This document shows, piece by piece, positions 10,364 through 24,300 of a stretch of DNA of 64,000 bases. This DNA comes from Takakia lepidozioides (Eukaryota > Plantae > Bryophyta), in the NCBI GenBank assembly GCA_030704615.1, contig CM060731.1, forward strand, positions 18,910,001-18,974,000, in the 5' to 3' direction. Below the pieces are notes generated by a model. That model had not been told where the DNA came from. It worked only from the letters and a program-made list of their open reading frames with translations, and made no database searches. The first letter of the stretch is position 1; each line of letters starts with the position of its first letter. Position numbers and translations under genes: made by a program.

Positions 10364-13300
10364 ACAGGAGCACCAAATTGATTGCTTAAGTTTTTCTAGT
10401 ATTGCCAAAAGAGTGACCTTTGCTTAAAACTAGTGCAGGTCATCTACAGAATGTGAGGTTAATGAATTATGAAATCAACAGACGATTATGTATGTCGCGC
10501 GTTTTTTCAGTTGTAATTGGCTGTTGCAATGTGTGAATTATAAGTGGAAATCTCACATCTTAGCTGGTCTGGCCTTGTTGCTTCATCCCATTTATTTGAC
10601 TGTGTTGGTAAAGAGCCATGGGGGCTCCCACGGAGTAAGAAGCATATCATGTTTGACAATATACAGTAAGCGAGATGACAACTAAGTATGTTCAAGTAAG
10701 CTGTGTTCATTGAATTATGCCTCCAACCACCAATGATCATTAGTGATGGTTATGCATTGTAATGGGTCCTTCAATTACACTTGGTACTGCATCTCCAGAG
10801 TCTCATACAGTAGAGGGTGGTCAGCTGCCAGGCAAGATATACTACCTACAAATACAGGTTTGCTATGTAGCAGGTTTTGTATACTAACATAGGTACATAA
10901 ACAAACCCACTTAAGACATGTAGTAAATTAGGATAGGACGGGCCAGCTTAGCAATGAGATGAACTCCAAGCTTCATTATGAATGGCAGAGGCGTCATAAA
11001 GGCTCCCACACTTTTCCTCTCAAGAACTTGAGCAGCATCTTGGGTTGATTCCCCTGCCAAGCCGAAACCATTTTGCTGGAGTGGGTTTCAGCTTCTGGGA
11101 TGAGTTGGTGTATGCATGCCGCTGTCAAACCGTCCTACCCACCAACTCAAGTCTTATGGAAAGCTCACGTGTTTCTTTCAAGCTTTAGTTCAAAAAATCC
11201 TTCTCTACAAACTAACTAGCAGATAGTTGGAATGGTGTGTACAAACGAGTTTAGCACCTATTGTACAACCAAGGACATGTTACTTGCAAAAGGTAATGTA
11301 GGCATTTACTTTGAAAATGGATTGACAAGAGGTCTGCGAAGCTCTCATATTTGGCTAACAAAGAAAGCCGGATAAGATTCAATTCTGGGTTAATATGTTT
11401 TGTCTATTTGAAGAGAGTTTTTTTTTTGTTTTTTGAAAAAGGGGAGGAAGCCCTGTATATCATATTAATGAAGGAGTCTCAAAGTATAAGGCTTAGATTC
11501 ATTATCACAACATTAGATCTAATATGAACCGTCGATGTTGAAATCCGACGTTTTCTCCAGTCTCTCTTGAATTTCAGCCACTATTGAGAAAAAAAAAAAA
11601 AAAAAACGTTGGCTCCTACAAATTGTGAGGTAAGAGTGCTTTAAAGCCTGCCCACATGCACCCTAGAATTACTATTGTTTTGAGGACATAAGTCTACTAT
11701 AAGATAAACCTCCCTTGGTTATACAGTAAGTGATGAAGTAGAAATGGATGCAAATGACCATGGAAGAGGATGGTGAGAGATAGTTGATCCCATATAAATT
11801 TGCCTGGACTTTGCTGGGCTAATCATAGGCCTTGTATTAGTGTGTCAGATTATCTGCAAAGTCAGATTTTGCTGGAAGTATACTCCTGGACAGAAGATCC
11901 AAATGAAGACAGATTTTGTGCGGCTTGAGCTGATTTCCAAGGGGAAAACAAGGCAGGGGGTAATGTATTCTGGACAACAGAAAGATGAACAGCTTGATTT
12001 AGTATTGAGTGAGTATTCATAGGCACTGATACAATATCTTCTGACTGTACTGCGCACTGTGTACAATCTCGCTTCAATCACATGCTTTCTAACCACAACT
12101 GCAATCACTAACGTCTGACTCAAGTGTTTTGCTCTTAATGTCCAATAAAGAGTTTCACACTCTGTCTTGTGCGAATCTCTCTGCGAAATACAATGTGAAG
12201 ACAATCACTTCACTCACAAGTTCCAGCACTCCGCCTCATTCATTCATTTCCTTGTCCGTCAAGTTCATGAGTAGATTTGTTTTTTTGATCTTTCTTTTGA
12301 GGAGAGTCATCACGGCTGTGAGTCGCTTACAGCTCAATGGGTTTGTTTTGGGTGATGAAACTGAACTCTGCATGAGGCCCTTTTGGCACTTTGACTGTTT
12401 GGCTGGGACCCAGCTGATTCTGTTGTCCCAGAGACTTGACAGTCAAAGGAGGGTTCTTGTGGATTTGAGCCTAGCTACATGCATGTAGGTAGTGGTTGGC
12501 TTGCAGGATAAAGAGCAAGCTGCCACCCTGACACGTGAAGTGCATGGAAGGAAAATACCGAGGCGCCAACCACACGAAAGCCACCAACTGGAGTCTGTAA
12601 AGACAGTTGCTGCCTTGTCTTAACAGAGGCGGCTCTCTGTACTTGCAGGCAGCAGCATTTAGTTATGACTTATGACGCTTAGTTATGAAATGATTTACTG
12701 CTCATCACCTTCGGGAGGTGCTCTAGCCTTCGCCTTCGAGCTGCGAATTTAGACTTGGGTTTTCCTGTTTGTTGTGTGGTCTTGCCACACCAGCTCGTTG
12801 AGTCCGTGGGTGGTATTGATTGCTGTCTCTCTCTTCCTTTTGTAGTCACCATTCCTTGCTCTCTGGACCCCCTCTGCTTTCCTGCAACAGTCAGGGTCAA
12901 GTGTGGGAGTACTGCCTAGGAAGTGTGACTGTTTTAGTCAGCAGCTACATCTAGTACTTGCTGTGTGCTTCGTGCATATGATAATTTCGGGACTGTGTAC
13001 TTCAGAGGTCATTCTCCTACTTAACTGTGTTCTTCCAGACTGTCTTTGTTGACAGTTAGACGTGTTATCTCCTCCTCAAGACTCTCCGGTGTGAAGCACT
13101 CATATGGCTGCTTTGCAGCGCTGGATTTACACTTTCACTGAGTACTTGTCAATGTCGGGGCGGTGAGTGTTTGATTCGAGTGTCCTGGATCATACCTTAG
13201 GACGCTTCCCTTATCATTCCATGCTACCTCCTGCTACGTGTGGGTGGTCGAGAACTGTGGGGTATGTCTGTGAGAACGTTGTGGGCGGTCGTACAGGAAA

Positions 13301-13570
13301 GAAAACGACTCGGACAAGGATTGCACAATCTAATCTCTACTACAGCGTCGATGAGAGGAATGGGGCACACTAGTCGAGGCGAAAGTATTGCAGAAAGTGG
13401 ACCAGCAGCTGGTCGTCTGAAAGTTTTTCATGCTTATTGGCCTTTGGTGCGATCTAGCTTTCTGGCCTCCCTCAAACTGCCTTGAGTACGCATGGCGGCA
13501 AGGTGGATAGTGGATTGTCTGAGTGAAAAACTGTGACCAGCTGTGCTCTGAAATTACGTAATCGTCCTCC

Positions 13571-16500
13571 ATGGCAACAACACTCAGGTCGTGGTATGGT
13601 CTGCTCGTGGCATTGGTACTAGGCCTGTTATGGTTTTCAGGATGTGCGAAAGCACTCTCTACAACTCAAGTTCAGGGGCTTCTCCGCCTACAATCGGTGC
13701 TAGAACACCCATCTGTGACAGCTAACTGGACCTATGCAACCGATTTCTGTAACCTGCCGTCCGCTCCCGCTCTTAACATCTCCTGCATCGGTGATACATT
13801 GACGCACCTGCGAATAGTGGGGGACATGATCGACCTTTCCATCACAGAGAAGCTCGAGTTAAACTCCCTGGGGGCCAACAGGTCACTGTCTGCTGCTTAC
13901 TCTGCCAACACCTTCGCCAATACTCTCTTAATGTTTCCAGACTTACGTATTTTAGAGCTCATATCTGTGGGCTTGTGGGGGACCCTTCCTGGTAAATTGG
14001 ATCGCATTGCCAACCTTCAGGTTCTTAATGTCAGCTCGAATCTCATCTCTGGGTCAGTCCCTAGAAGCCTTGGGAACTTGGCAGGTCTGCGAGTTTTGGC
14101 TATGGACAACAACGTTCTGAGTGGGTCGTTTCCATATTGGTTAAGCACCGTGCAAACGCTGGAAACACTCTCGCTTTCCAACAACCAGATTTCAGGGGGA
14201 GTGAATGATACCATCTCCTACTTCTGGAACCTTCAGACTCTCTCCTTAGACCACAACTTGCTAAGTGGTTCACTCCCTAGCTCCATTAGTTCCTTGCAAA
14301 ATCTGAACTTCCTGTCTCTTTCGTATAACCAATTCACGAGCTCCATCCCGAATTTAGACAGTCTTGCAAACCTTCAGACTCTTAGAGTCGACGGGAATAG
14401 CTTTGGACCCAGCTTTCCGCTTCTTGGGAGTCAACTTGTGTCTTTACATATGAGTCATAACAAGCTATCAGGTCCAATCCCCCCCTATTTGGAGAGCTTT
14501 TCAATGCTGAAATCATTGGACTTGTCCTCTAATGCCCTCACTGGTATTCCCCCTCTTTCTGTTTTCGCCCTGCCTAGTATTGCATCAGTGAGTCTTTCCC
14601 ACAACCGTCTCAGTGGCACCCTTCCATACAACCTCTTTATGAGCAAATCTCTTTTTTTCCTTGATGTTTCATCCAACTTTTTCTCTGGAAAGCTGCCACT
14701 AGCCTTTCTCCACCCGAAGGGCCTAACTGTCAACTTTCAGGACAACTGCCTTTCAACAAAGGTGCAAAGGCAAGAGACGAGTGGATTCTGTACAGCTAGT
14801 GCTACAAAGCTTGGACTCACAAGTGATTCCCATGAGAGCCATCGCATTACAATTATTGCCGTTTCCATCGGAGGAGGGTTGGGCCTGCTGTTGGCGATTG
14901 CTGTATTGTTTCTCCTTTTGTTCAGGCGGTTCAAAAGTGATAAGGATAGTACGGTAGGGCCAAATGATGTGGCCTCCTTGGCGGGATCAATTGGAATCCC
15001 TTCTGAACTTCTCCTCAATGCAAGTATGTATTTCACACCATTGCTTGCAGTGTCTGATTCGAGGTGTTTTCTTGGTTTCTTCTACGCCTATGACTACTAA
15101 GTCTCCCGCTGTGTGTGGGAGCCGATGTTGGGATTTATTCAATGTGGGGAGTTGATTGAGAAGAAAAGGGAGGAATAAAGGGAGCTGTGCCAAATATGCT
15201 CCTAAAGAGCCTAGAAGCATTTGTTGATTGGTCCTCAGTAGGGGTGCAGCTGAGGCTCAGGTCAAATGTGTGAATTTGGCAGGGATTAGGCAAGCATGTG
15301 AAGATGGCTACCTGATCACCTTGAAGAAATAATTTTTTATTTTGTGTGATCTCATTTTTTGTCATACAGGGTATATTTCCCAATCAAAGAGGCTAGGCGT
15401 GCTACCACCAAGGCAGAATCGTGTGTTCACTTTAGAGGAGGTCAAGAAGGCTACCAACAACTTCAGTGCAGCTACACTTGTGGGTGAAGGCAGCCTTGGC
15501 AAGGTGCATACTTTAAATCTACATGTGGTTTATCAGCTAAGTAGATTGATGGAAGTAAGAGACTGAGGATTTCACATTTCGAGCTATTGCAGCCCTGTAA
15601 AAGAGGCATGCAGCCAAACTCTGCAAAACCTTATGAAGAGCCAATTAGAGGTTAAGCAGACACTTGATTAGTATAATGGCATGAAGTTCAGATGGGAAAA
15701 TGACATACAAATCCTGTCAGCACTCACCTTCGACAGTCTAGTTTCATATGGACATGGATAACATCTATGAATGCACACAGTTCAGTCGTCCGCATGCCTT
15801 GGTTTGAATGGGATTGGGAGTTCTGACTCTTACACCTAAGTATTATGCTTAGGAGGATTGTCGTTAAGGCAATGTATATGCGACCGCACACATTGGTGTG
15901 GCCAATGGTTTAGTGATGCTTTCTATGGCACATGGGAAAGTTGTGTTACAAGTTTCAGAATCAAAGTTGCTGGTAAGCCTACTGGATTTGTGCAGGTGTA
16001 CAAAGGACAGCTCGAAGATGGAACAGATGTGGCTGTGAAATGGGTGGTTGTCAAGTCACAGGAAGACCTGGATGGGTTCAAGACACAGATAGATGTGCTC
16101 TCTAAGCTCAGGCACCGCCATCTTGTGAGCCTCCTTGGGTACTGCACATCAGAATTCTTGCAGGAAGGTGAACAGGAGAATGACAAGTTGAAAAACTTAT
16201 TCATTGTGTCTGATTTTTTGAAGGGTGGGACACTTCGCAGCCTTCTGGCTAGTAAGTCGTTCTCCCCAACTATGTTGTTGTGTTAATGCAGACAAGGTAT
16301 ACTTGTGAACAGATAAGATCCTAGTTGTTCTTAGGTTACTGATAGAGATAGATTGCTACCTGCCCACCATTCTAGAAGCCACAGCTAATATATATCAGTT
16401 ATGATATCCCATGTACACTATTGTGCACATGTTTAGAGAGCTAGGACCTATGCTGACATCTCACCCCCATCATTTTGTTGGTCTTCCGTGGCACAGAGCG

Positions 16501-19288
16501 AGACGGGAAAAACAACTTAAGCTGGTATCAGCGGCTGGCAGCTGTCATAGGTGCCAGCCGTGCCATCCATTATTTGCACACAGGGGTTGTGCCTCCAATT
16601 TTCGACAACAATCTCAAAACGACCAGCATTCTTCTGGATGAGAATATGGAAGCTCAAGTAAGCGACTTTGGATTGCCTGACCAGCCTTCTCCTTCGGCCA
16701 TCGATGTAAGTTTCCCCATTCATCCCGGAAGCTCACCAGCTGTTGCTTTGAGCTTTGTCATCTGGGCCGCAATTACAACATGGGGAGTGCTTTTTTTTTG
16801 TAAATCACAAAACTGGTTGCAGGCCTTCAACCTTGTGCTGGATCATTTGCTGCAAAGTATGTCCGTTACCTCTCCAACACAGCAATGATCTAAGCTGAGC
16901 TACGCTGAGCTCGAGCAAAAACTAATCTTGAAAATTCATGGTGTTCGAAATAGACAAAACTCCTGCCAAAGTCAGTGAAATAAGAGCCGTTTATCGAGTA
17001 TGTTGCAATCATGGCAGTGATCACGAGTCAGTCTGATCATTTTATTTAAGGACACTGGGGTTTAACATATTTGAAGGGGTATGCACAGCTAGAGGATAAA
17101 TTTTTTTGTCTCGACTTTCAGTATTGTACTACCTCAGACATGCCTCTGCAATATCTGCTGTATGATATGGCATTGTTAAAGTAATCATCTTACACTTAGC
17201 AGTGATGATGTGTCGGTTGAAGGGAAAGAAAGGAAGGAGAGGAAAGGTACTTGATAATGTCCACAGGAGAAGGTCAAAGAGCACAGAAAGAAGTACAATA
17301 TACGAAGGAATTTAGCAAAAGAACAAAAGAAGTTCCCAAATGCCCATGGAAGGGTGAAGAGAGGGAGAGAGAACTTATGATGTCCCCTCAAAAGGAAAGA
17401 GGAAAAGAAAGATGGATGGAAAATCATTGTATATCCACAAAGCACCAAAGGGCCACAAGTAGAACAACACAACGCAGATATGGTTTCACAGGACTAAGTC
17501 CGAGACTTAAGGAAGGCTTTGGGGGAGAGAAAATGTAGTCATCATAACCAACATGAGGTGACACGCAACAGTACTCTGGAGTGATATGTTGTGGATGGCA
17601 TGATCCAGACCACTGTTTTGACAAAATCAGCAGATGGGCTGATTGCTGATGGTAGTTTGCCCCGCAGGTATTTCTCTATCCTCTTTCTGTGTGGGTTTTT
17701 TTCTGTTTTTGCATTAGATTGTCTATGTTATTTGCCTACAGCTTAGCATTAAGGCTTCTTCATATACATTTCTCCAAAAAAAAAGACCCCTGGTTTCTCT
17801 GTTGTTGTTGGTCCACCAATCCCCACATGGATGACTTAAGACTGTTTGTCTACCCTTGATGCACATGGCCCTGAGTACTGCTTGTGCTGATAGCACCTTA
17901 TGCCAATCTTTTACTCCTCCAGCCAGCTAGGTCAGAACCTGGCAACTTGGATTCCACGTGTTAAATCCATAAGTTGCCACCTTGCAATTGAAGAGATACA
18001 CTAAGCTGCACCAATGTAACCATTGCTATGATGATGGATAACTCTGCACACAAAAGAGAAAGCACGTTATTGAAACCTGGCAAGCACTGCAAGAGAAAGC
18101 ATGTTATTGAAAAATCTGCAAGTTTCCTTTGATGCTTTGGGTGGGCGGGTACTGTGAAGACAAGTTGATCCAAGACAGATGAAGAGATACTTGTGTTGAG
18201 AAACGCTGACATAAGCTCTGTAATGGATATGCAGGAAGGAATACAGAGACAGAAAGGATGTTTATGACTTTGGCCTCATACTTCTGGAGATTGTCCTGGG
18301 GAGGCAACCCACCATGAAGAATCCCTTTCCTCAGAAACGATCAGAGCTGGTATGCATCTCTCTTGCACAATGCTTTTGAGACATCTCCAGTGTTGATCAG
18401 TGTTTGTCGCTAAAACTGCTCTCTGTGGAAAGATCAGTAGCTTCACTTAGTTAATCATAAACCAGTGGAGGCTTTTTGACTATCAGAAAGTCGGGGACTT
18501 GAGACACCCTCTCGGTGTAAAGGCTGCAAAGGACCCATGTTTGGATGACGAGTGTTTTATGAACCCTCTCTACCTTACTGAATTACAGTCTAGCTAGACA
18601 CACCTGCACTGAACTTCATTCTGCAGTATATTTGCTCAGAGTGCGAGTCTCGAGATAAAGCTCAAAGAGTGACACCTTCCTTGGGTATGACTTCCAGGGT
18701 GGAGCTTGTGTTAAAATGTATATAGTATAGAACTCTGCAAGAAATCTAGATGGCCACAATCACCTTCATACGATTGTAGGTTCCCATCTCATCTTAAACC
18801 TTCTCAAATAGAGCTGACATCTGTGGGCATAAAGTTACAGGGAATGAGGAACAATGAGCGTCTCACTTGCTCTGGCAGCATGTGCGTGTAGAAATTGATA
18901 TCATTTCGTTTCTTTTGTACAGGAGAGGTTAACAAAGGAGCGGGGCCCCTCTATGGAGTTGATTGACAAATCTATTGTCGGCATGTGTGGGGCTGAGTCA
19001 CTTGCGACAGTACTCGAAATCGCAGGAAAGTGCATGTTAGACGACCCAGAAAAGCGACCGTCAATGGAGGATGTTCTATGGAATCTGCAATATGCTGCAC
19101 AAGTGCAAGAAAAATCCTTGGGTGACCTCCAAGATGAATCTGACTTGATGGGTGGAGGGAGGAGAGATCAGCTTCCAAAGACACCTGGCCCAGCAGAAAG
19201 AAGGCATGGGCAGATGGAAGAAAGGAGGGTTTCTCAGGAGGATTGGAAGGCGAGCCCCACAGCTTTCGTCACGGAATTCCTCCGCTAG
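13571..19288 (+). CDS. LRR receptor-like kinase, probably catalytically inactive (LRR-VI-like)
   Basis: Exons 13571-15023 (signal peptide, LRRs, TM helix), 15370-15503, 15996-16251, 16497-16705, 18235-18349, 18923-19288. One short 3n+2 exon is needed between 16705 and 18235. Kinase motifs GEGSLG, VAVK, DFG and KDVYDFG are present, but HRD is replaced by FDNNLK. Confidence 0.92.
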
Positions 19289-21332
19289 ATTTCTGGTAGT
19301 ATGGACGTTTTGGTAGCTTCTTCAGCTGGTGCACGTATCGGTTCCACCTCAGTATTTTTCTCTCGTTAGATCTCCAGTGTAACCGGCAGCTCATCCAAGC
19401 CGGGAAAGCAATACTGCTGCACTGTTTTACAGAATTGTCACTGCTCTAAGTACGGATCCCTCTCAGTACGGGAAAGCCGCTGAATGTCAGTGAAAGATTG
19501 CGCGATAATTGTAAATTGAGCAACTTTCTGATTCATTAGCAAAAGCGAAACTCTCTAACTTATCTGCAGCGCCACTTCCTTGGAACAGATACACTGTGCA
19601 CTTCATAACTGCATATGTTGGAAAAACATCCCGAGACTGCACATCTCTGCCTGTTTTCTACTCCACTCACTGCACATCACTGCCTGTTTTGTTATTCCGA
19701 GGATTTTACTATACAGTCAGTCCATTGCATCCGAGCTTCAAACATTTGTCTTGTGTAAACTTTACACTACCTACTCTGTCCTTCCGCACTTATATAAATG
19801 ATCCCTTTCTCCAGTCTGAGACTCTGAGGCCACTGTCCTCTTCCTCTTCTTCCTCCTCCAACATGTGCAACTGAAACACGCATCCTTTTTAATCAAATTC
19901 TATGTAGGAAAGGGACCCACCTGGGCTAATCATTCTGAATCTACCAAAAATGAATTGGGATAAGTCATTTATACTTTGTCGGATTGCCCTGCCGCTCACA
20001 TGATTACACAGCTTGGGCGTTTTGAAGCTCCAAAAATACATACATACGTACAGCCACATGGGAGTAGTCAAAGTGATGAGACTGTTTGTCTCAATGAACA
20101 AGCAATGAGTGCACAACCCGCATCCACTTGAGGCAACTTCTCAAGTATATCATGTATGACAAACATGAGTCAAATGAACTGACTTCTGACCGTAGTCAAT
20201 GTTGAGAATTTGTCCTCTCCACACCACATCATATGTGCTGCCTTGCATGAGCAAACTCCTGCCTGGATTCCGTCGGGCCCATCGCAGCGAATCCCAGGAC
20301 CCACATTCATCTTTTCCTTGCCACAAGATGGGGAGAAAAAAAATGTTTGGTACAAAGACTCGAACAACAATTGCATTGCAAGCTTGCTTCACCTAGGTAG
20401 CTCGGCCCACCATCCTCCTCCACAGTGTAGAACAGCAGCATGTGCTCGGTGCCAGGGTGGCATGTGCTGGCCATGGATGAAGGTGACAGAGTGCAGCAGC
20501 TCACGATGCAGGCCTGCACCTACACAAGTGTGTTGAAGGACTGATTCAGTGGTGTTTGGACTTTAGTGCCACTGTGGGCCCCCCTTGCTTCTTCCATTCA
20601 GATGTGCAGTCTGCGCACTTTCCACACCTTCTAGTAAGCATCTCCTATTTAGCATCATAGCGAGCTAATCCTGAACAAGTTAGACTGAGATACAGTATAC
20701 AGTACGTATATATGTAGGGATGCTGTGAGTATCTTAGGGAGGTGTGTTTGAACGGGGTTGCTTTTTGTGCATGGGCGGTCCGTTGGCGTCAGGGTTCTGG
20801 GCTCTCCTCCATTTCACTGTTTCTGCCTCTCTCTGCATTAGTGTGGAGTTGGTGAGAGACAGGAGCACCTGGGTTTTGTAACTGTGGGCTGCTATGTGCC
20901 TGTTGGGCACAATGTGTGCACGTTGTGCAAGTGGGAAACTTGTTGCAGGGGAAGGCATTGGCACTGAAACGCTCGGGTGGGTTGTGGGTCACTCGTGTTG
21001 AGTCTGTGCTGAAGTGGAGGGGTGAAACGGAATCTGGGTCAGCGTCGGTTGTGGTGGACGCTGTGGCAAATGTGAAGCCAGAGTTCGTTGTTCTATGCTG
21101 CCGATGAGGGTAGACCATGGGCTAAATGTTCTTGCTGTGTTACAAGTGCACAAGGTCCTCGTGGAGGTCTCCTTGGTGTGGCAAGATGACATAATGCTAA
21201 CGAAGTCTTTCACGGGTGTTTCATCTCCTACATTGCTTGCGACTGCAAGTCTTGGAGCTGCGACACAAGGGTGACGCTCTTGCTTTTGAAATTCCAGTTT
21301 TACAGGTGCAAGGTGCTGTGGCTTTTGCGAGC

Positions 21333-24300
21333 ATGCCCGGATCCTCACCTTCGAGAGTATCCCAATCTCACGACTATGACCCAGACTCTCCTTCTGTAGG
21401 CGTGAGGCCTGGGCCGTGGCCACCAAGAATGGAACCCTTGCCTGCCGACCATAGTTACAACCCGAGGGCCCTTGGTTCATGGGCCCGTCGCACTGGTTAC
21501 AAGAGCAACATGTCTGGAGAAAGCACCGCTACTGATATGGAGATCAACATGCCAGATGTTAGGCAGGGTGGCGCACTGCGGGCACCTAACTATGTTGAGC
21601 CGACAGCTGCCAAAGACGTCGAGTATGGCAGAAACGGCAATGCCAATGGATTGAAGGATACTGACAAGATGAGGAGTGTGCCTCCAGCTGCAGGATTGCG
21701 AGATTCCAGTCTGGGCATTGCTCCAGGACCTTTTATTCCTGGAAAAAGAGGGACTGACTCTCCAATTGTGAGTGGTGTCCAGAGCAGTGTGGCCAACAGT
21801 ATGCCCAACAGTATGCCCAGCAGTATGCCCAACAGTATGCCCAACAGTGTGCCCAACAGTGGGCAGCTCCGAATAGAGCCGCTCAGAATGTACAAAGATT
21901 CTGATGCTGACATTATGTCTCAGTCTCAAGATGCTGATGATTTAATGATGTCAAAGCACTCTCATATGAAATATGAGCTTCGAGAGACCCCAGGACTCTG
22001 TAAGTCTATCAGCTTGTCTTCCTCATTGCTCATGCATGTCCACCTAGTCTTTCTCTACGATTCCCTTTCCCCCCTACGGCAGCTAACCTACAATGCTGCC
22101 CGGTCGCTATCTCTACTCAGTTTAATGTTTTCCATCCCCTGTTGTGTTGCTGTACTACATATTATCTGGCCATCCGCCAGGGCATGGAAATGATGCCAGC
22201 TACTTCAGATTACTGGTTTTCTGAAAGTGTGCATTGTAGGAGTCCCAGAGGGTTTTTTCAGTTGTTTCCACATGTGCCTCCCGCCAGGGGCAAGCAAACT
22301 ATGACTGTGGAATCTTCTCTAAGCCCTTCCAAAGTAACAATCTTTTGTTTTGCTTTAGACATACCAGTGGGGGACCCTCTGTGTCTAATAGACCTAAAAT
22401 GTCGGAAATTTCTTATTATCCTTTGCAGGTTCTCGAGTCTGATTTTTCGTTTCTGCAGTATTGTGCCAAGTATGAGGCCGATCATGTTTGCATTATTTGC
22501 TGAGTGTTCTTGACATAAAGCTTTGAACTTGGTGTTGTCAATGAATGCACATTTTTACAGAATGACATGAAGCAAGTACGGCACAACTTATTGCTATTGA
22601 TCAAATCATATTAAGCTGTGGCATCAGACATTCTGGTATCTTAGAACTGTATGATCAGTAAATACAAACAATTTAATATTGTGCCATGTGTAAAGTATTC
22701 CTCAGACCCTATGTTTCTGTGCCCCGATGGCACCTGCTTACATGCCTTCCTTTTGTGGTTAATTTGCAGTTCCCCTGATTCTTTACGGCATTCAGCATTA
22801 CTTCTCTATGGCTGGCTCGCTAGTCCTGATTCCACTTGTGCTTGTCCCAGCAATGGGTGGTAGTAGTGTGAGTAAACAGCCCTCTCTCTCTTTTCTTCTA
22901 GCTGCTCTTTCTCCCCCTCCTTCGATTGCTGTCCTCTGGGCCTTCTGTGGATGTGACAAATGCCTTCACTGTTCTCTACCACAAACCCAACTGAGTGCCC
23001 ACTTGGCTAGTTGAAATATGCTCTCTCCCAGAAAGCTTTTTGTGGAGGTCATATCACCTTCATTTCTCTCTCTCTCTCTCTCGCTCTGTCTGCTCTATCT
23101 CTGTCTTTTGATGTAATTTCCCACGCCCCCTAATAGACTTACTATCTGTAAAGTTATATTACATTATCTTTCTTCTTCTCTGTTTCTTTCAATCCTTCTA
23201 CATACACTGATTATTTCTGGGTCACTGGAAGTCTTAGGGGTGAGGCTGTTGCTTTGTAGTGGAGTCATGCTTCTTTTTGTCCCAGATTTTGTAAATCTAG
23301 GGAAGTTCATTACATTTGCTATATCTAAGAGGCTGCACAGTGTTACTAATTTGAAATGTCTTATTGTGCTCCAGAAAGATACAGCCAGGGTTATTTCAAG
23401 TATGCTTCTGGTGTCAGGGATTTCTACGCTGCTACATTCTTTCTTTGGATCAAGATTGTCCCTTATCCAAGGGGCATCATTTGTGTACCTTGCTCCAGCT
23501 CTGGCAATCGTTTTCTCTTCTGACTTTACGTTGCTAAATGCGGACGTAAGTTGGCTTCCCTCTCGCACTGCTATTTCAGTGCAATGCAGTGAAAGGACCT
23601 GAGGGTGGTAATAAGGCCCACACTGTCTTACCTGATTCAATGTGGCATGTCTGATAAAGTTTGTCACCATTGCAGCAAGTTCTTCCTGTTCATCCAGCCA
23701 TTTTCTATTCCATTCTGGACGCATACTTTAGTTGTAGACCTGTTCAGGGGGTCTGTACTTCTTGGTGTTGCTTGATTTGTGACGCTTACCTTAGATTTGA
23801 GGTTTCAACTCCCAGCCTTCTTTGCAGTACAAGTTTCAGTACAAGTAAAACCCTTGGCTAGCATGACTAATGTTCAGAAACTTGGTGAGGTGGGCATCAC
23901 CATACAATTTTAAATTTTATATGCTACAGACAAGCAAATTCAACCTGTAAGGCAGTCATGACCCACTATAGGCATGGATGTCTTATCGCTACTTTGCAGA
24001 GATTCAAGACCACGATGAGGGAGCTGCAAGGGGCTATCATAATTGCTTCTGCTGTCCAAGCTTTACTAGGCTACAGTGGTTTCATGTCTATCCTGCTCAG
24101 GTACTGTAACATGTCAAAATCAGCACAACTTTTTCATGTTCATCTCTTTGTCAGCTCATGTATCAAATCTGACTAAATCTGTCACACATGGTCTGACAAA
24201 TTTCAGATTGTTGAGCATATATATTTGCCACTTGTAAGTGGCACTCCTCGCAGTAGCTGGGTGCAAAGTACATGAACATGTAGTACGTGCAAGTGCGTGT

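Noticed and set aside
10925-11150. HDV-like ribozyme or group II intron as a firm call
   Set aside because: The P3/L3 segment is too short and lacks the conserved residues, and domain VI pairing is poor. Kept only as a structured-RNA candidate.
14017-15036. Antisense ORFs over the LRR exon, and most other 60-160 aa ORFs in the track
   Set aside because: Shadows of real exons or chance ORFs in introns with no recognisable domains.
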